Position numbers and translations under genes: made by a program | Shown here: piece after piece, positions 1 to 12,034 of the stretch | Layout of the letters: the number at the start of each line of letters is the position of its first letter | How positions within the stretch are numbered: the stretch's first letter is position 1 | The notes under the pieces: model-generated | Databases searched by the model: none | Told to the model about the DNA's origin: nothing | Seen by the model: the letters and a program-made list of their open reading frames with translations, nothing else | Assembly: GCA_951406725.2 (NCBI GenBank) | Contig: OX597815.1 | Span: 118,110,001 to 118,174,000 of the forward strand | Direction of reading: 5' to 3' | DNA: 64,000 nt | DNA from: Octopus vulgaris | Lineage: Eukaryota

Positions 1-924
1 TCTTGTCTGAAATACCCTGAGAGACTTTTCCTATGTGCTGTATTTTGTTTTGCCTGCATACACCGTGTTTGTACTTCTGTCGCACACACGAACACACATA
101 GTTAATACACACACAAATGCTATCTCTGTCACATTCATACGCCACACATGCCTTTCTTGCTTGTTTTCTATGCTCAATCTAAGACCCTAGGTCGGTCACA
201 CATACATAGAGAAAGTTGTTTGTCCCTTACAACGCGCCAGCATGCCACACTTTTGTTCCTGCACGACCGAGGCATATAATAGCTCAAGCACTGGCTGGCA
301 GCCTCAGCCTTACTGCATTAATCATTGGCATATTCAATACTGTACACTGTATTTCAGCCTAGCAAAGAAATATGACAACTCACCGTGTAATACAGAATTT
401 ATTGTAGACCAAAATCTATTGAAGAAATTCGCGAATATTTACTTGCGTTCCCCAAAACTACGTTAGTAGAACCATAATGTTCTAATAGATCTTTAAAGTC
501 TTTCAGATCTCCGTACATTAGATAAGCACCGATGAGACTTTTATCTCATTTCCTGAACAAGTGATCACCAGAATCCATCCTTTGTCAAACATATCGGTTT
601 ATAACAACGTGAGCGATTTGGGGCAAAATGCTAAGCGGTATTTCGTCTACCGTTACGTTCTGAGTTCAAATTCCGCCGAGGTCGACTTCGCTTTGCCTTT
701 CATCCTTTCGAGGTCGATTAAATAAGTACCAGTTACGCACTGGGATCGATGTAATCGTCTTAATCCCGTTGTCTGTCCTTGTTTGTCCCCTCTATGTTTA
801 GCCCCCTGCGGGCAATAAAGAAATGTATGTATGTATGTATGTATGTATGATGTATGTATGTATGTATGTATGTATGTATGTATGTATGTATGTATGATGT
901 ATGTATGTATGTATGTATATATAA

Positions 925-1112
925 ATCTATCGTTGGCGATTTTCTTCCTTCGTCTTCCCTTCCTTTGAACTTTGCCCTATTTCTGAAGAAGAGCTTGGCT
1001 CAATATGTTAAATCCGCTTTCCTTCCTTTCCTGAGCGTCTGATAATTCAGTACTTGTACCACGTTCTCGTGTTATTGTCTTTTCTTGTTTGTTCTTCTTT
1101 GTTTGGATTCAC
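925..1112 (+). mobile_element. Solo PLE terminal repeat (family 1) with degenerate hammerhead at 979-1013
   Basis: AUUU-CUGAAGA-A-GAGC(UUG)GCUC-AAUAU-GUU-AAAU. Homologous to 40595-40785 (cgttggcgattt...tcctgagc...gtttggatt); lies between TA-containing microsatellites. Confidence 0.65.
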
Positions 1113-1169
1113 TATATATATATATATATATATAATATATATATACAAATGCACACACACACACGCACG

Positions 1170-1232
<63 letters not shown>

Positions 1233-1469
1233 CAGTTCAATAAAGTTAAAACATGCTCTATTTTCACGTTTTTATTATGGTATTTTAACATTTAACATTT
1301 TGTAATACTCATAATGTTAAATTAACGCTTTCGTACGTAGTGTAATCATTTTAAATATGTTTAATTGACAGTTGAGTTCTGGACAAATTTGTTACCTCTT
1401 AGAACGCTCCAACTTTATTCAACTGATTGTATACACATTCACACAAATTCAAAGCAATACATATATATA

Positions 1470-1770
1470 TAATTCAAAATTAAAATGAGTGTGAAAAATT
1501 GAATATTAATTTGATAACATCAATTTAACACCAATGGTCTAGCATGATCATACTGAAGATCTACAAATAAATTGCGTAAGTAAAATTACGTAATTTGTTG
1601 ATTGTGAAACATTTGTTTATGATTAATCTATATTTTTGTTACTTTTCATTTGTCTTACTCGCTAACGTTTCTGGTGTTTGCTAAATTTTCTAGAGAACAA
1701 TTCTTAGTAGTAAGACCATAGCGTATCTTCTAGCGTAAGGGTTTCCACATAGTAGTAATTCCCTCTTATA
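1470..1770 (+). mobile_element. Probable PLE terminal repeat (family 3) with a long-stem-II hammerhead-like motif at 1547-1623
   Basis: CUGAAGA (1553-1559), hairpin aaattgcgtaa/ttacgtaattt, then GAAAC (1606-1610) and AUU; flanked by (TA)n on both sides. Confidence 0.45.
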
Positions 1771-1776
1771 TGTATG

Positions 1777-1839
<63 letters not shown>

Positions 1840-1847
<8 letters not shown>

Positions 1848-2093
1848 GCGCCCTTTTAAAGCCTAGCCAGGCTCATGGGCCCGGTTTCCCGGTTTCTATG
1901 GTGTATGTGTTCCCCAGCTGGACGGGATGCCAGTCCATCGCAGCGTTACTCATTTTTGCCAGCTGAATGGACTGGAGCAACGTGGAATGAAGTGTTTTGC
2001 TTAAGAACACAACGCGTCGCCCGGTCCAGGAATCGAAACCTCCATCTTACGATCATGATGCTGACACCCTAACCTCTAATCCACGCGCCTCCA
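1840..2093 (-). mobile_element. tRNA-derived SINE family D (V-domain-like)
   Basis: Minus strand has a tRNA-like head (ggtttcgattcc B box) and gcgatggactggcatcccgtccag; second copy at ~59795-59987(-). Confidence 0.75.
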
Positions 2094-2140
2094 CACACAC
2101 ACACATATATGTGTGTGTGTGTGTATGTATATGTATGTAT

Positions 2141-2311
2141 ACCTCGTCTGGCCTTATTTACTGCATTAAATGCAACCTAGATGACATCTCAGTGTTTGGT
2201 CTCGCCCCCCACAATGGTCGCCCACTTTCCAGGCTCCACTTGGAGCAACGCTACATCTTCACCCTACAAACTACTACCCCACACGGACTTAACACAGCCC
2301 CCTCCTCTTGA
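2141..2311 (+). pseudogene. Internally deleted C-terminal GIY-YIG endonuclease of a Penelope-like element
   Basis: TSSGLIYCIKC joined to NLDDISVFGLAPHNGRPLSRLHLEQRYIFTLQTTTPHGLN. These match the PLE EN motifs S.N(L/V)IY.I.C and R...E...I..L.T..P.GLN; the YIG-R-H core between them is deleted. Confidence 0.8.
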
Positions 2312-3021
2312 GGTCCGCTTCCTTTTTTTTTTTTTTTTTTTTTTCCCGGATACACCACCCACACACACACACCTACCTACCTCCCACACGCCTGTTCACA
2401 CACACACATACGTAGACCCATCTACGTACATACATTCACACATTTAATCACACACACTTATAGACATACATGCACACACTAACATACAAACCAACATGCA
2501 CATACACACACACATACATACATACACACACACATACATACTTACACACACACAAACACACACAGACATACATACACACATACATACACACATACATACG
2601 CACATACATACACACACACTCACACACACACACCGCACGTACATACTTCACACACACATGCACACATACATGTAGGCACACACATACATACATACCCACA
2701 CATGCACACCCTTACACTGAATGCACACACACATACACCTTTTTTCATCCAGGCAACCCCCCCTCTTTTCTGCTTTCCGGTTTTGGCTGATGAATCCTCG
2801 GTTCCCGCGTAGCGGGTCGTTCGAGGGCCTTTGCGCTCGCGCGCCTTGGCGCGCGCTGGGGGCTTGGTCGGCCCCATGGGCTTGCGTTGTATTGCTTGTG
2901 CGTTGTGTGCGTGAGCGCGCTTCGTGTGTGTGGGCTTGCTTCGGATGTGCGCGTGCGTATGTATGCATACATACCCACACACTCGCATGCATCCCTACCC
3001 ACATACATACACGCACACCTA

Positions 3022-3058
<37 letters not shown>

Positions 3059-4931
3059 CCGCACACACACACATACATACCTACACACACACATACCTAC
3101 TTCAGACATACACACACACACAGACATACACCCATACACTCACACTCATACGCATACACACACACACATACACAGCCATACCCTCACTCAGACACACACA
3201 CCTACCTACGCACACACACAAACACACACCCATACATACATACATCTACACACACACGCCTACACACATACATACACACATACATATACATACATACATC
3301 TACACACACACGCCTACACACATACATACACACATACACATGCACACACACACACATACATACACCCATACACATACACACACACATACCTACATACTCC
3401 TATACATACACACAGACATACACACATACACACTCACACAAACATACACACACACATACTTACACACACACTCGCCTGCACGCGCACACACATGCATGAC
3501 AAACACCCATACACTCACACTCACATACGCACACACCAACATAAACACGCACACGCACACACACACCTACACTCCCACACACATACATACGCACCTACAT
3601 ACACACACGCACGCATACACACGCACACACACGCATACACACACACACACACACCTACATACACATGCATACACACACACACACAAACATGCACGGACAC
3701 ACCCAGACATACATACATACACCTATATACACACGCCCACACACCTACATACACACACATACATAAACACACATACACGGACACACCCATACGCACATGC
3801 ATGCATGCACACGCGCACACCTACACGCATACACACACACACACGCACGTACACATACATACATACACACACACATACATACACCCATACACATACATGC
3901 ATCTTACACCCACATACATACACACTCACACATACATACACACACACACACACACTCACACACCTGTATGTACGCGCACACACATGCACATACACACACT
4001 TCCACACACCCACACGTACATACATACACACTCATACACATACACACACACACACACACGGACATACATCTATGCACACACATATATACACACATACTCA
4101 CATACATTCATCGGACACACTGACACCCAGACATACACACAGACACACTCACACATCCACACACATACATACTTACGCGCATACTCGCAGGCGCGCGCAC
4201 ACACGCGCTTGCGCCGGTTCGCGCACGCATACGCGCTGCATGCACCTCGCTCTTGGATCCGACGAGACCTCCCGCTCGTTCCTGGGACCGTCGCCTGTCG
4301 TTGGGTTCTCCCACGCCCGTCTCCGCGGGACCACTCTTCCATCTTCCCCTCAGCTGGAGTCCTTTTTCCTTAACCCCCACCTTTTTTGTTACACACGCGC
4401 GCACACATACACACACCCACTCACACACACACATTGCTTAAATATATACATTACTCTTACACACATTCAAATCTACTCGCCATTAATACTACCACGACAC
4501 TGGACACACACACACACTACTACTCAACACACGCTGGCACGCTACATACGCCCCCACCCCTTCCCCTCCCTCCCTTCCTCCTTCCTTCATTTTCTTACTA
4601 CTGACCACTGTCTGCTATGCCTACTACTGTCTCGCCCTACCTCACACGCCTACACACAGACGCACGCACTAACACATACATATATTTTTTTGTTTTTTTA
4701 TCTCGCCTCACACACACATACACACACGCACACGCACACACTCACACATACACACACATCTGTTGCGTTACCAACCCTGTCTCCACTCTTTTGGCTTTAA
4801 AAACCTACTTTGCTCTTGTTATCGTAAACTTCCGCCTTTCACCATGTGTACTTCGTAAACACCAGTCGTTTTTTTCTCCATCTCCTGTTGCCCACTTTGG
4901 GATCTTTCTTTCCTCTCTCTTCCTTCTTTAT

Positions 4932-4966
4932 GTTTCCGACGAAGAGCTCCGCTCGAAACGTCATAC
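4932..4966 (+). ncRNA. Minimal hammerhead ribozyme motif, PLE terminal repeat family 1
   Basis: GUUU-CCGACGA-A-GAGC(UCC)GCUC-GAAAC-GUC-AUAC: U4C core variant, extra A after A9, 4-bp stem II, palindromic ACGU stem III, GUC cleavage triplet, one mismatch in stem I. Confidence 0.6.
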
Positions 4967-5055
4967 CTTCCTGCTTCCATATTTCCTGAGCGCCTATTAA
5001 TAATAATACTGTAATTGTTCCACTGTTGTTGTTTTTTTGTTTTCCCGTTTGGATT

Positions 5056-5109
<54 letters not shown>

Positions 5110-6197
5110 GTATGTATGTACGTATGTATGTGTATATATATGTATGTATGTATGCGTATCTCCACCCCCACTGCTTGACTATTGATGCTGGTGTGTTTAC
5201 GTCCCCATAAGCTAGCAGTTCAACAAAGAGACTGAAAGAGTATCAGACTTCAAATATATAAATAAATAAGTATTGGAATAGATTCATTCGACAAATTGTT
5301 ACCCTGGGCAGTCCTCCTACTGACTTCAGCCCCTAGCTACGCAACCTCTCCTATGTGTCGATAAAATAAAGTACCAGTCAAGTATTAGTGTTGTTATTAT
5401 CGACTGGTCCCTTCACTCAGAATTTGAAACAGTGTATCTATATAAGAAAACCAATTTAGTGAGTTTTTGTTTTATCCTTTATAAACTGATTGACTGCTCG
5501 AGTATTATCAGTTTCAAGCTCACTCTTTGCTTGTGTGCTTATTAGTTATAAAGTGACTGATTGCTTCTGCGTTATCAGTGTTAATCCTGTTATAGTATGC
5601 CAATTAAATTTCACTTTCTGGCGGTAATTACGAGATTATAAAGTAATTTATCCATTTGACCGAAAGAAATGAATTTCCGGTTGTATTTTCTGACTGGTTT
5701 CAAAGATTGGCACAAAGCCAGAAATCTATAACCTACACGAAAAGAAAGCAAAAAATAATAAAGAAACAGATTAAGTCTTGAGACTTAATTTATGTTTATG
5801 AATTTTTAATGTTTCAGCTAATTATGTTTCTGAAACGCAGATGTCCCTCTGTTTTTATTTTATGCAGTCGCAATTTGCCTCGGGTATTTTAAAATATTCC
5901 TTTCTTACTTAAGAACTTTAAAATACGCCTTTAATTATTCAGTTTCAAGATAATTATCAATAAGACTGCTGCTTATTTTATCGACCTCGAAAGGATGAAA
6001 GGCAAAGTAGACCTCAGCGGAATTTGAACTCGGAACGAAAAGACGGACGAAATGCTGCTAAGCATTTTCCTCGGCGTGCGAACGATTCTGCTAGTTCACG
6101 GCCTTATAGCAGTGTTTTTTTAATAAATATCTTGAAACCGTAAAATTAAAGACGTATTTATAAAGTTCTTAGGTAAGGAAGGGAATCGTAAAATACC

Positions 6198-6522
6198 TGA
6201 GACGTGCCGGTGGCACGTAAAAAGCACCGTCCGAACGTGGCCAATGCCAGCGCCGCCTTGTCTGGCTTCCGTGCCGGTAGCCCGTAAAAAGCACCAACCA
6301 ATCGTGACCGTTGCCAGCCTCCTCTGGCCCCTGTGCCGGTGGCACGTAAAAAACACCCACTACACTCACGGAGTGTTTGGCGTTAGGAAGGGCATCCAGC
6401 TGTAGAAACACTGCCAGATCAGACTGGAGCCTGGTGCAGCCTCCTAGATTCCCAGACCCAGGTAGAACCGTCCAATCCATGCTAGCATGGAAAACGGACG
6501 TTAAACGATGATGATGATGATG
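6198..6522 (+). mobile_element. RTE-tailed short retroposon family C with (GAT)n tail
   Basis: ggcgttaggaagggcatccagctgtagaaa...ccatgctagcatggaaaacggacgttaaacgatgatgat. Other copies at ~17090-17600(+), 19570-20020(-), 33008-33375(-), 41813-41992(-), 62355-62560(-). Confidence 0.75.
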
Positions 6523-7401
6523 TGAGAGCATAAAGTAAAAGTGGAGGGACATCCGTGTTTACAGAAACAATGAAATGAAACATGAAAAATTAATGAGAAT
6601 GCAATAATTATTTTAAATCACTGCTTTGGTCTCAAGACTTAGTCAGGTTTTTTTTTTTTTACTTTTTCTTTCTTTTTTGTGTAGGTTATAAAGACGTCAT
6701 CAGCGAACGGTTCCAAGTATTTTCCCACACCGAACGGACGAATTTGTCACGTATTTGGCTGCCAAATTTCGCTCTTATTCAGTTTACACTTGCCAATAAA
6801 AGCTTTAAAACTTGTACATCAAATCCAGTGTGCAGCTCGTCTTCGATGTTTCGATGATTTGGGTAACAGGGACTATTTCAATCAAACAAAAGCTAATTTT
6901 TGTGCAGTGGTTTATTATCAATATTTAATTATATCACCCCGCCCAGTATCAACCTCTTCTTACATATTTGCAGATAAGTGATTCCATGTCACAATATTAA
7001 ATTCTAATAGAAATTACTAAAGAGGGCGATGATTTAAACTATATGAAATTACATTGGATCTCGGTACATCATCTGGTGCTACTTTGGCGTGTGATCTGCA
7101 ACATAAAGGGCGAATTTTTTACGTTACTTTTTTAGTTTACTTTTCAATTTCTAAAACGACTTAACATGTTGACAATAGATTTTTACAATAAATTCTTTTG
7201 TACACACTTAGCATTGTAAATGTATTGTTTTCAAAATTCTTACTATTTTAATAATAATAAAACCTTGTTTCATTTATGTCTCAGTAAAGAAGAAGAAACC
7301 AAGAAAAAAAAAACGATATAATAATTAGAATAAGTGCGTAGATCACACAAGTTTGTCAGCCACGTGTTTTGCAACGTAAAGAAACTAAAAACTAGCCTGA
7401 A

Positions 7402-7600
7402 GTACATTTTTTACATTATTTACATTCGACAGATATTTGTCCTCATCTTGTTTGTTGTTCGAAATTTCCCCAAGACACCTGAAGAAGGCTGGAGGATATA
7501 TCAACCGAAACGTTGTGTTAACAACAAACAAGTTGAGGACAAATATCCGTCGAATGTAAACAATGTACATAATTCCTTATCTCTTAAATATAGAACTGTA
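7402..7600 (+). mobile_element. PLE terminal repeat with inverted partial copy (~48-bp inverted arms, ~7412-7459 and ~7520-7567)
   Basis: acattatttacattcgacagatatttgtcctcatcttgtttgttgtt is the near reverse complement of aacaacaaacaagttgaggacaaatatccgtcgaatgtaaacaatgt; the arms flank the hammerhead. Confidence 0.6.
7474..7519 (+). ncRNA. Hammerhead ribozyme motif with canonical core (PLE family 2)
   Basis: GACAC-CUGAAGA-A-GGCUGG(AGGAUAUA)UCAACC-GAAAC-GUU-GUGUU: 5-bp stem I, stem II with one C-A mismatch, intact CUGANGA and GAAA. Confidence 0.7.
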
Positions 7601-9287
7601 ACCTAAAGTAATCGCCCTTGAAGTTGTAGATCACATGCCAAAGCAGCATCCATTATCTTCAACGTTTCTGTTCATTGATATAGTAAACCTGGACATAGGT
7701 TTTGTTTTTGAAAATATGTTTAAAAATATAAGTTTTGTATTCCTTGTTAAAGGGTTAAATATTTTATTTTCTAAGAAAAATAAATAATCTCTCTGAACAT
7801 CAAGTCTCCTTTTGGACATTTCCCGCTTCTTTGTAAGCACACGATGCCCCTAAGGGGACGCTACCACCCAAATAAAAGTGAAAACATAGCTATAAAGTTA
7901 TAATGCCTTCGGCTTTTATGAAAACTGATGTGTTAGTAGAGATGCAATGTAATTTAAAATTTTAAAATGTGCAATGATCAAATTGAATGGCAACGGTAAA
8001 CGAGCTGACTTTATTTAACTTTGCAAAATGCTAATTACTAAATTCGCCATTTTATTTCTCTGTTTTCATGAATTAAACACGGTATACAATATTTGAATTT
8101 CTTTCCAAATTTTTAGTCTTGTACATCTGTTAGAAACAGAGCGTCGGAACTGATAGAGCGTCAAATAGCTTGCTTTGCGATATTTACTCCAACTCTTTAC
8201 ATCCCGTCTTTAAATCCCACTAAGATCTACTTTGCAATATAACCAGCCACTGTACTGGTCCGATATAACGACTAATCTCCTCCTCTCGAAATTAATGGAC
8301 TTGTAACTTAATCAAAAACAATTTTTATTAATATTCTCATATTTTTCCCGAGCCATAGGACTCATAAGACCAGTTACTCGGTTTCCATAGTGTAGAAGTG
8401 ACCGAGATCACAACTTTCTCTTGAACGAGATGCCGCTCCGTCGCAGAGTTCATGGGTAGTAATGCTGTGAAAGGGACAAGTCAATTACGTCGACCCCAGT
8501 ACTTAACTGGAACTTCATTTTATTGAAAAGCCAAGATGACCTTGGTGGCATCTGAATTCAGAACGTAAGAAGCCAAAGGAAGTGCCGCTAAGCATTTTGT
8601 CCGACAGGCTAATAATTCTGCTGGCTCGCCACCTTGATATTTTTGTATACGTCTTCCAACCAACCCTATTTATAGTGGGTCTGCTTTTTGGAAAGGGTCC
8701 TGGTTTAGGTGCACCGTTTGCGCGAATAAAATCAGTCAGTGTAAAAATCGGGGTTGAGAAAAATCAGAAAAACTCCGGGCGTGTAGAGACCTCGACTTCT
8801 TGATCACTGTCGGACTATGAATTTCTGCACCAGAAACGTTCTTCTGCTGCTGTTCATGAGTACAAGTTTCCTCATCTCTGCATCTTCTATAATGTGGATG
8901 AAGGGAAAGAGAAGGCCGATACAGCTTGGCGCTTCAGCCGTCGAAGCAATAGCATAGGTTAGTGGTGGGACAGTCCAGCTCTAGTAATGCTTTTATGGTG
9001 TGGTGGGGCGACACCTTTTGGGTCTACAGTATAAGTCTGTATAGGGAGCAAGGGAGGCACACATTCTGACACTGGCATTCCATCGGTTACAACGACGCGG
9101 GTTTCTGTTGAAATTAACATGTAGGTGGTTGAGCACTCCACAGACGTGTATTCTTGCTCTTAAAATTACAGGTACAACACATTTTTGCCAGCTGAGTGGA
9201 CTGGAGCAACGCGAAATAGAGGTTCTTGCTCAAGCACACAACGCATACCGGGAATCAAATTCACAACCTTGCCTACACCAAGTGTTT

Positions 9288-9354
9288 CTTCTTCTTCTTC
9301 TTCTTCTTCTTCTTCTTCTTCTTCTTCTTCTTCTTCTTCTTCTTCTTCTTCTTC
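9288..9354 (+). repeat. (CTT)n microsatellite, likely the (AAG)n tail of a minus-strand retroposon at ~9355-9630
   Basis: Repeat read directly; the tail interpretation is inference. Confidence 0.8.
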
Positions 9355-9950
9355 CAATCAGGACTCACGCCATTAGCCACAAAGAATAATCTCTAATTCG
9401 AGCCTACTCTAAGCTACTAAGAATGCGTGTGGCAGCTTGAAGATGCACCCACCACATGCGATAGACTGGCGGTTGCATGGGCGCGAAAGCTACGTTGTTA
9501 TCTTCATTCCGTAAACGGTGGCTTTTAACGGGTGGAGAGCTGAACCATCCTGGGGTACAGAGGATTCGCAATCTAGACTAGGGTCTGAAAGTTTACCATA
9601 CCATAGTGGGTTACACCATGGTCCCCTCTTTTGTGGCAGAAGTAGGAAGAAAGAGTGAGAAAGTTGTTGTGAAAGAGTACAGCGGGGTTCACCCCACCCC
9701 CCACCGGAGCTTCGTGGAGCTTAGGTATTTTTGCTCAATAAACACTCACAATGCCCGGTCCAGGAATCGAAACCACGTTCTTACGACCGCGAGTCCGCTG
9801 CCCTAACCACTGGACCATTGCGACTCCACCCAAGTGCTGCTGTCAGAATGCTGTCGGAACATATATTGTAATTTATCTCTTACTTCATCCAACGTTCTAA
9901 CAATTCTGCTAATCACCCCAACCCCTACCACCTCCGTTATTTATCGGATC

Positions 9951-10565
9951 CAAGGCGGCGAGCTGGCAGAAACGTTAGCACGCCGGGCGAAATGCGTAGC
10001 CGTATTTCGTCTGCCGTTACGTTCTGAGTTCAAATTCCGCCGAAGGTGACTTTGCCTTTCATCCTTTCGGAGTCGATAAATTAAGTACCAGTTACGCACT
10101 GGGGTCGATGTAATCGACTTGATCCGTTTGTCTGTCCTTGTTTGTCCCCTCTGTGTTTAGCCCCTTGTGGGTGGTAAAGAAATAGGTATTTCGTCTGCTG
10201 TTACGTTCTGAGTTCAAATTCCGTCGTGGTCGACTTTGCCTTTCATCTTTTCGGGGTCGATTAAATAAGTACCAGTTACGCACTGGGGTCGATCTAATCG
10301 ACAATCCGTTTGTCTGTCCTTGTTTGTCCCTTCTATGTTTAGCCCTTGTAGGTAGTAAAGAAATAAGAAACATTAACACGCCGGTCGAAGTGCCAAGCGG
10401 TATTTCGCTTATCTTTATGTTCTGAGTTCAAATTCCGCCGAGGTCGACTTTGTCTTTCATCCTTTCGAGGTCGATAAATTATGTACCATTTGTGTACTGG
10501 AATCGATGTAATCGACTGCTCCCCTCCCCCCAAATTTCGGCCCTTGTGCCTAGAGTAGAAAAAAT
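9951..10565 (+). mobile_element. tRNA-derived SINE family A, tandem multimer
   Basis: Head aggcggcgagctggcagaa (A box), gagttcaaattcc (B box) and core gcctttcatcctttcggggtcgataaattaagtacc, with the B-box/core unit repeated three times. Other copies at ~610-823(+), 5975-6105(-), 25105-25460(+), 26190-26565(-), 52200-52470(+), 58490-58698(-). Confidence 0.85.
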
Positions 10566-10819
10566 TATTTATCGAGTCCGAAAGGCTAACCACTTCGACT
10601 GGATCTGAACTGAAGACGCAGAGTCGGAACAAATAATGTGAGGCACTTTATCCAACACTCTAATGACTCTCCCTTTGCAAGACATACAAAGGATTTTTGG
10701 TCGATAACTGATAAAGGATGTGTATGTCTCCGTCCATTCTTTTACGTGTTTTCCGTATGTTTCTTTGTCATCTTTCCGTGCAAGTTTTCATTCGCTCGCG
10801 CGCGCGCATATTTGTGTGT

Positions 10820-10851
<32 letters not shown>

Positions 10852-10947
10852 TTGTGAGCGAGTGAGTAAGTGAGTGAGTGAGTGTGCGTGCGTAGATAGA
10901 CTGACAGACAGACAGACAGAGATAGGATAGGTAGATAGATAGATTTA

Positions 10948-11080
10948 TAGGTAGGTAGGTAGGTAGGTAGGTAGGTAGGTAGGTAGGTAGGTAAGTAGGT
11001 AGGTAGGTAGATAGGTAAGTAGGTAGGTAGGTAGGTAGGTAGGTAGGTAGGTAGGTAGGTAGGTAGGTAGGTAGGTAGGT
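10948..11080 (+). repeat. (TAGG)n microsatellite
   Basis: Read directly. Confidence 0.95.
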
Positions 11081-11179
11081 TTGGCGATACAAACAAGAAA
11101 ATAGAACTCAAAACGTGAGTATATATATTTTATCTATTATTAATCGGCAGAATTTGCAGGCTGTAACTACAATCAAATG

Positions 11180-11240
<61 letters not shown>

Positions 11241-11242
<2 letters not shown>

Positions 11243-11920
11243 TTGCATCCATGTGCAGTCTTCTCAACAGGCATGACAGAGCAGCACAGTGTATTCAGTG
11301 GGTAATTTGCAAAACCTTTGACATGCCCTGTGATAGAATTTAGTGGGAACACAAACCACCTGCAGTGCTTGGAAATGATCACATCTCATCCCTCTGGAAC
11401 TTCACTGTTCAAACTGACACAAAGGTAGATGTGAATAGGCCAGACATTATATTGAAAGACTTCAGACAAAAATCATGCCTCCTCAATGATATGATTTTCC
11501 CAATTGACATAAATGTATCTGTCAAGACCTACCGAAAACTGAGCAAGTATAAAGATGTTGAAATAGAAATTGGCAATATGTGGAACCTGAAGACTAAAAC
11601 AATACCTGTTGTCATAGGTGCTCTAGGAATGATAGCAAAAGGGGCTGATTCCTACCTAGCTCAGATACCAGGAAACCCTAAAATGGCAGAAATTCAAAAG
11701 AGAGTGTTCATGGGAACTGCCCATATCCTTCGTAAAATACTGCCTATGTAATATCAAATTTTAAAACAAACTTATAATTTTCTTGTTTTCTTAAACATTC
11801 TCAAGAACACTACGTGCAAAACTATATTTAAGACACCTTAGGCATAACACGAAGTTGAACTTCTAACTTATTGTCTCTTGGGGTCTTTGCGTACAAATAC
11901 AAAGCAAAAGTCAAACATCT
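11241..11920 (+). mobile_element. 5'-truncated R4/Dong-type non-LTR retrotransposon (restriction-like endonuclease end) inserted in (TAA)n
   Basis: ...CSLLNRHDRAAQCIQWVICK...LWNFTVQTDTKVDVNRPDIILKD...KLSKYKD...PVVIGALG...GTAHILRKIL carries the RHD, RPD and K..KY motifs of REL endonucleases. (TAA)n lies on both sides (11180-11240, 11920-12035), the known Dong target. Confidence 0.85.
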
Positions 11921-11924
11921 AATA

Positions 11925-11962
<38 letters not shown>

Positions 11963-11963
11963 G

Positions 11964-12011
<48 letters not shown>

Positions 12012-12034
12012 GTAGTAGTAGTAGTAATAATAAT

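Larger units (their letters stand above)
2141..5060 (+). mobile_element. 5'-truncated Penelope-like retroelement: GIY-YIG remnant, long CA-rich 3' region and hammerhead-bearing terminal repeat
   Basis: GIY-YIG remnant at 2141-2311, CA-rich body ~2350-4760, terminal repeat ~4860-5060 homologous to 925-1112 and 40590-40785, ending in GTTTGGATT then (TA)n. Confidence 0.7.

Noticed and set aside
380-600. Minus-strand exon ending at a GTGAGT donor near 383
   Set aside because: The one long open frame I read stops before the donor and has no recognisable protein similarity.
2787-2830. CTGATGA as a hammerhead core, ATGA...GA as a SECIS, or GAA-TCCTCGG-TTC as an HDV P3/L3
   Set aside because: No GAAA after the stem, the SECIS helix II and apical AA do not form, and there is no upstream P1 partner for an HDV fold.
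2721-4800. 550-aa and 637-aa His/Thr-rich ORFs
   Set aside because: CA/CATA repeats lack stop codons in several frames, so overlapping frames are open simultaneously; this is an artefact of simple sequence.
10948-11080. Telomeric repeat
   Set aside because: The unit is TAGG, not TTAGGG or TTAGG, and is part of a compound microsatellite.
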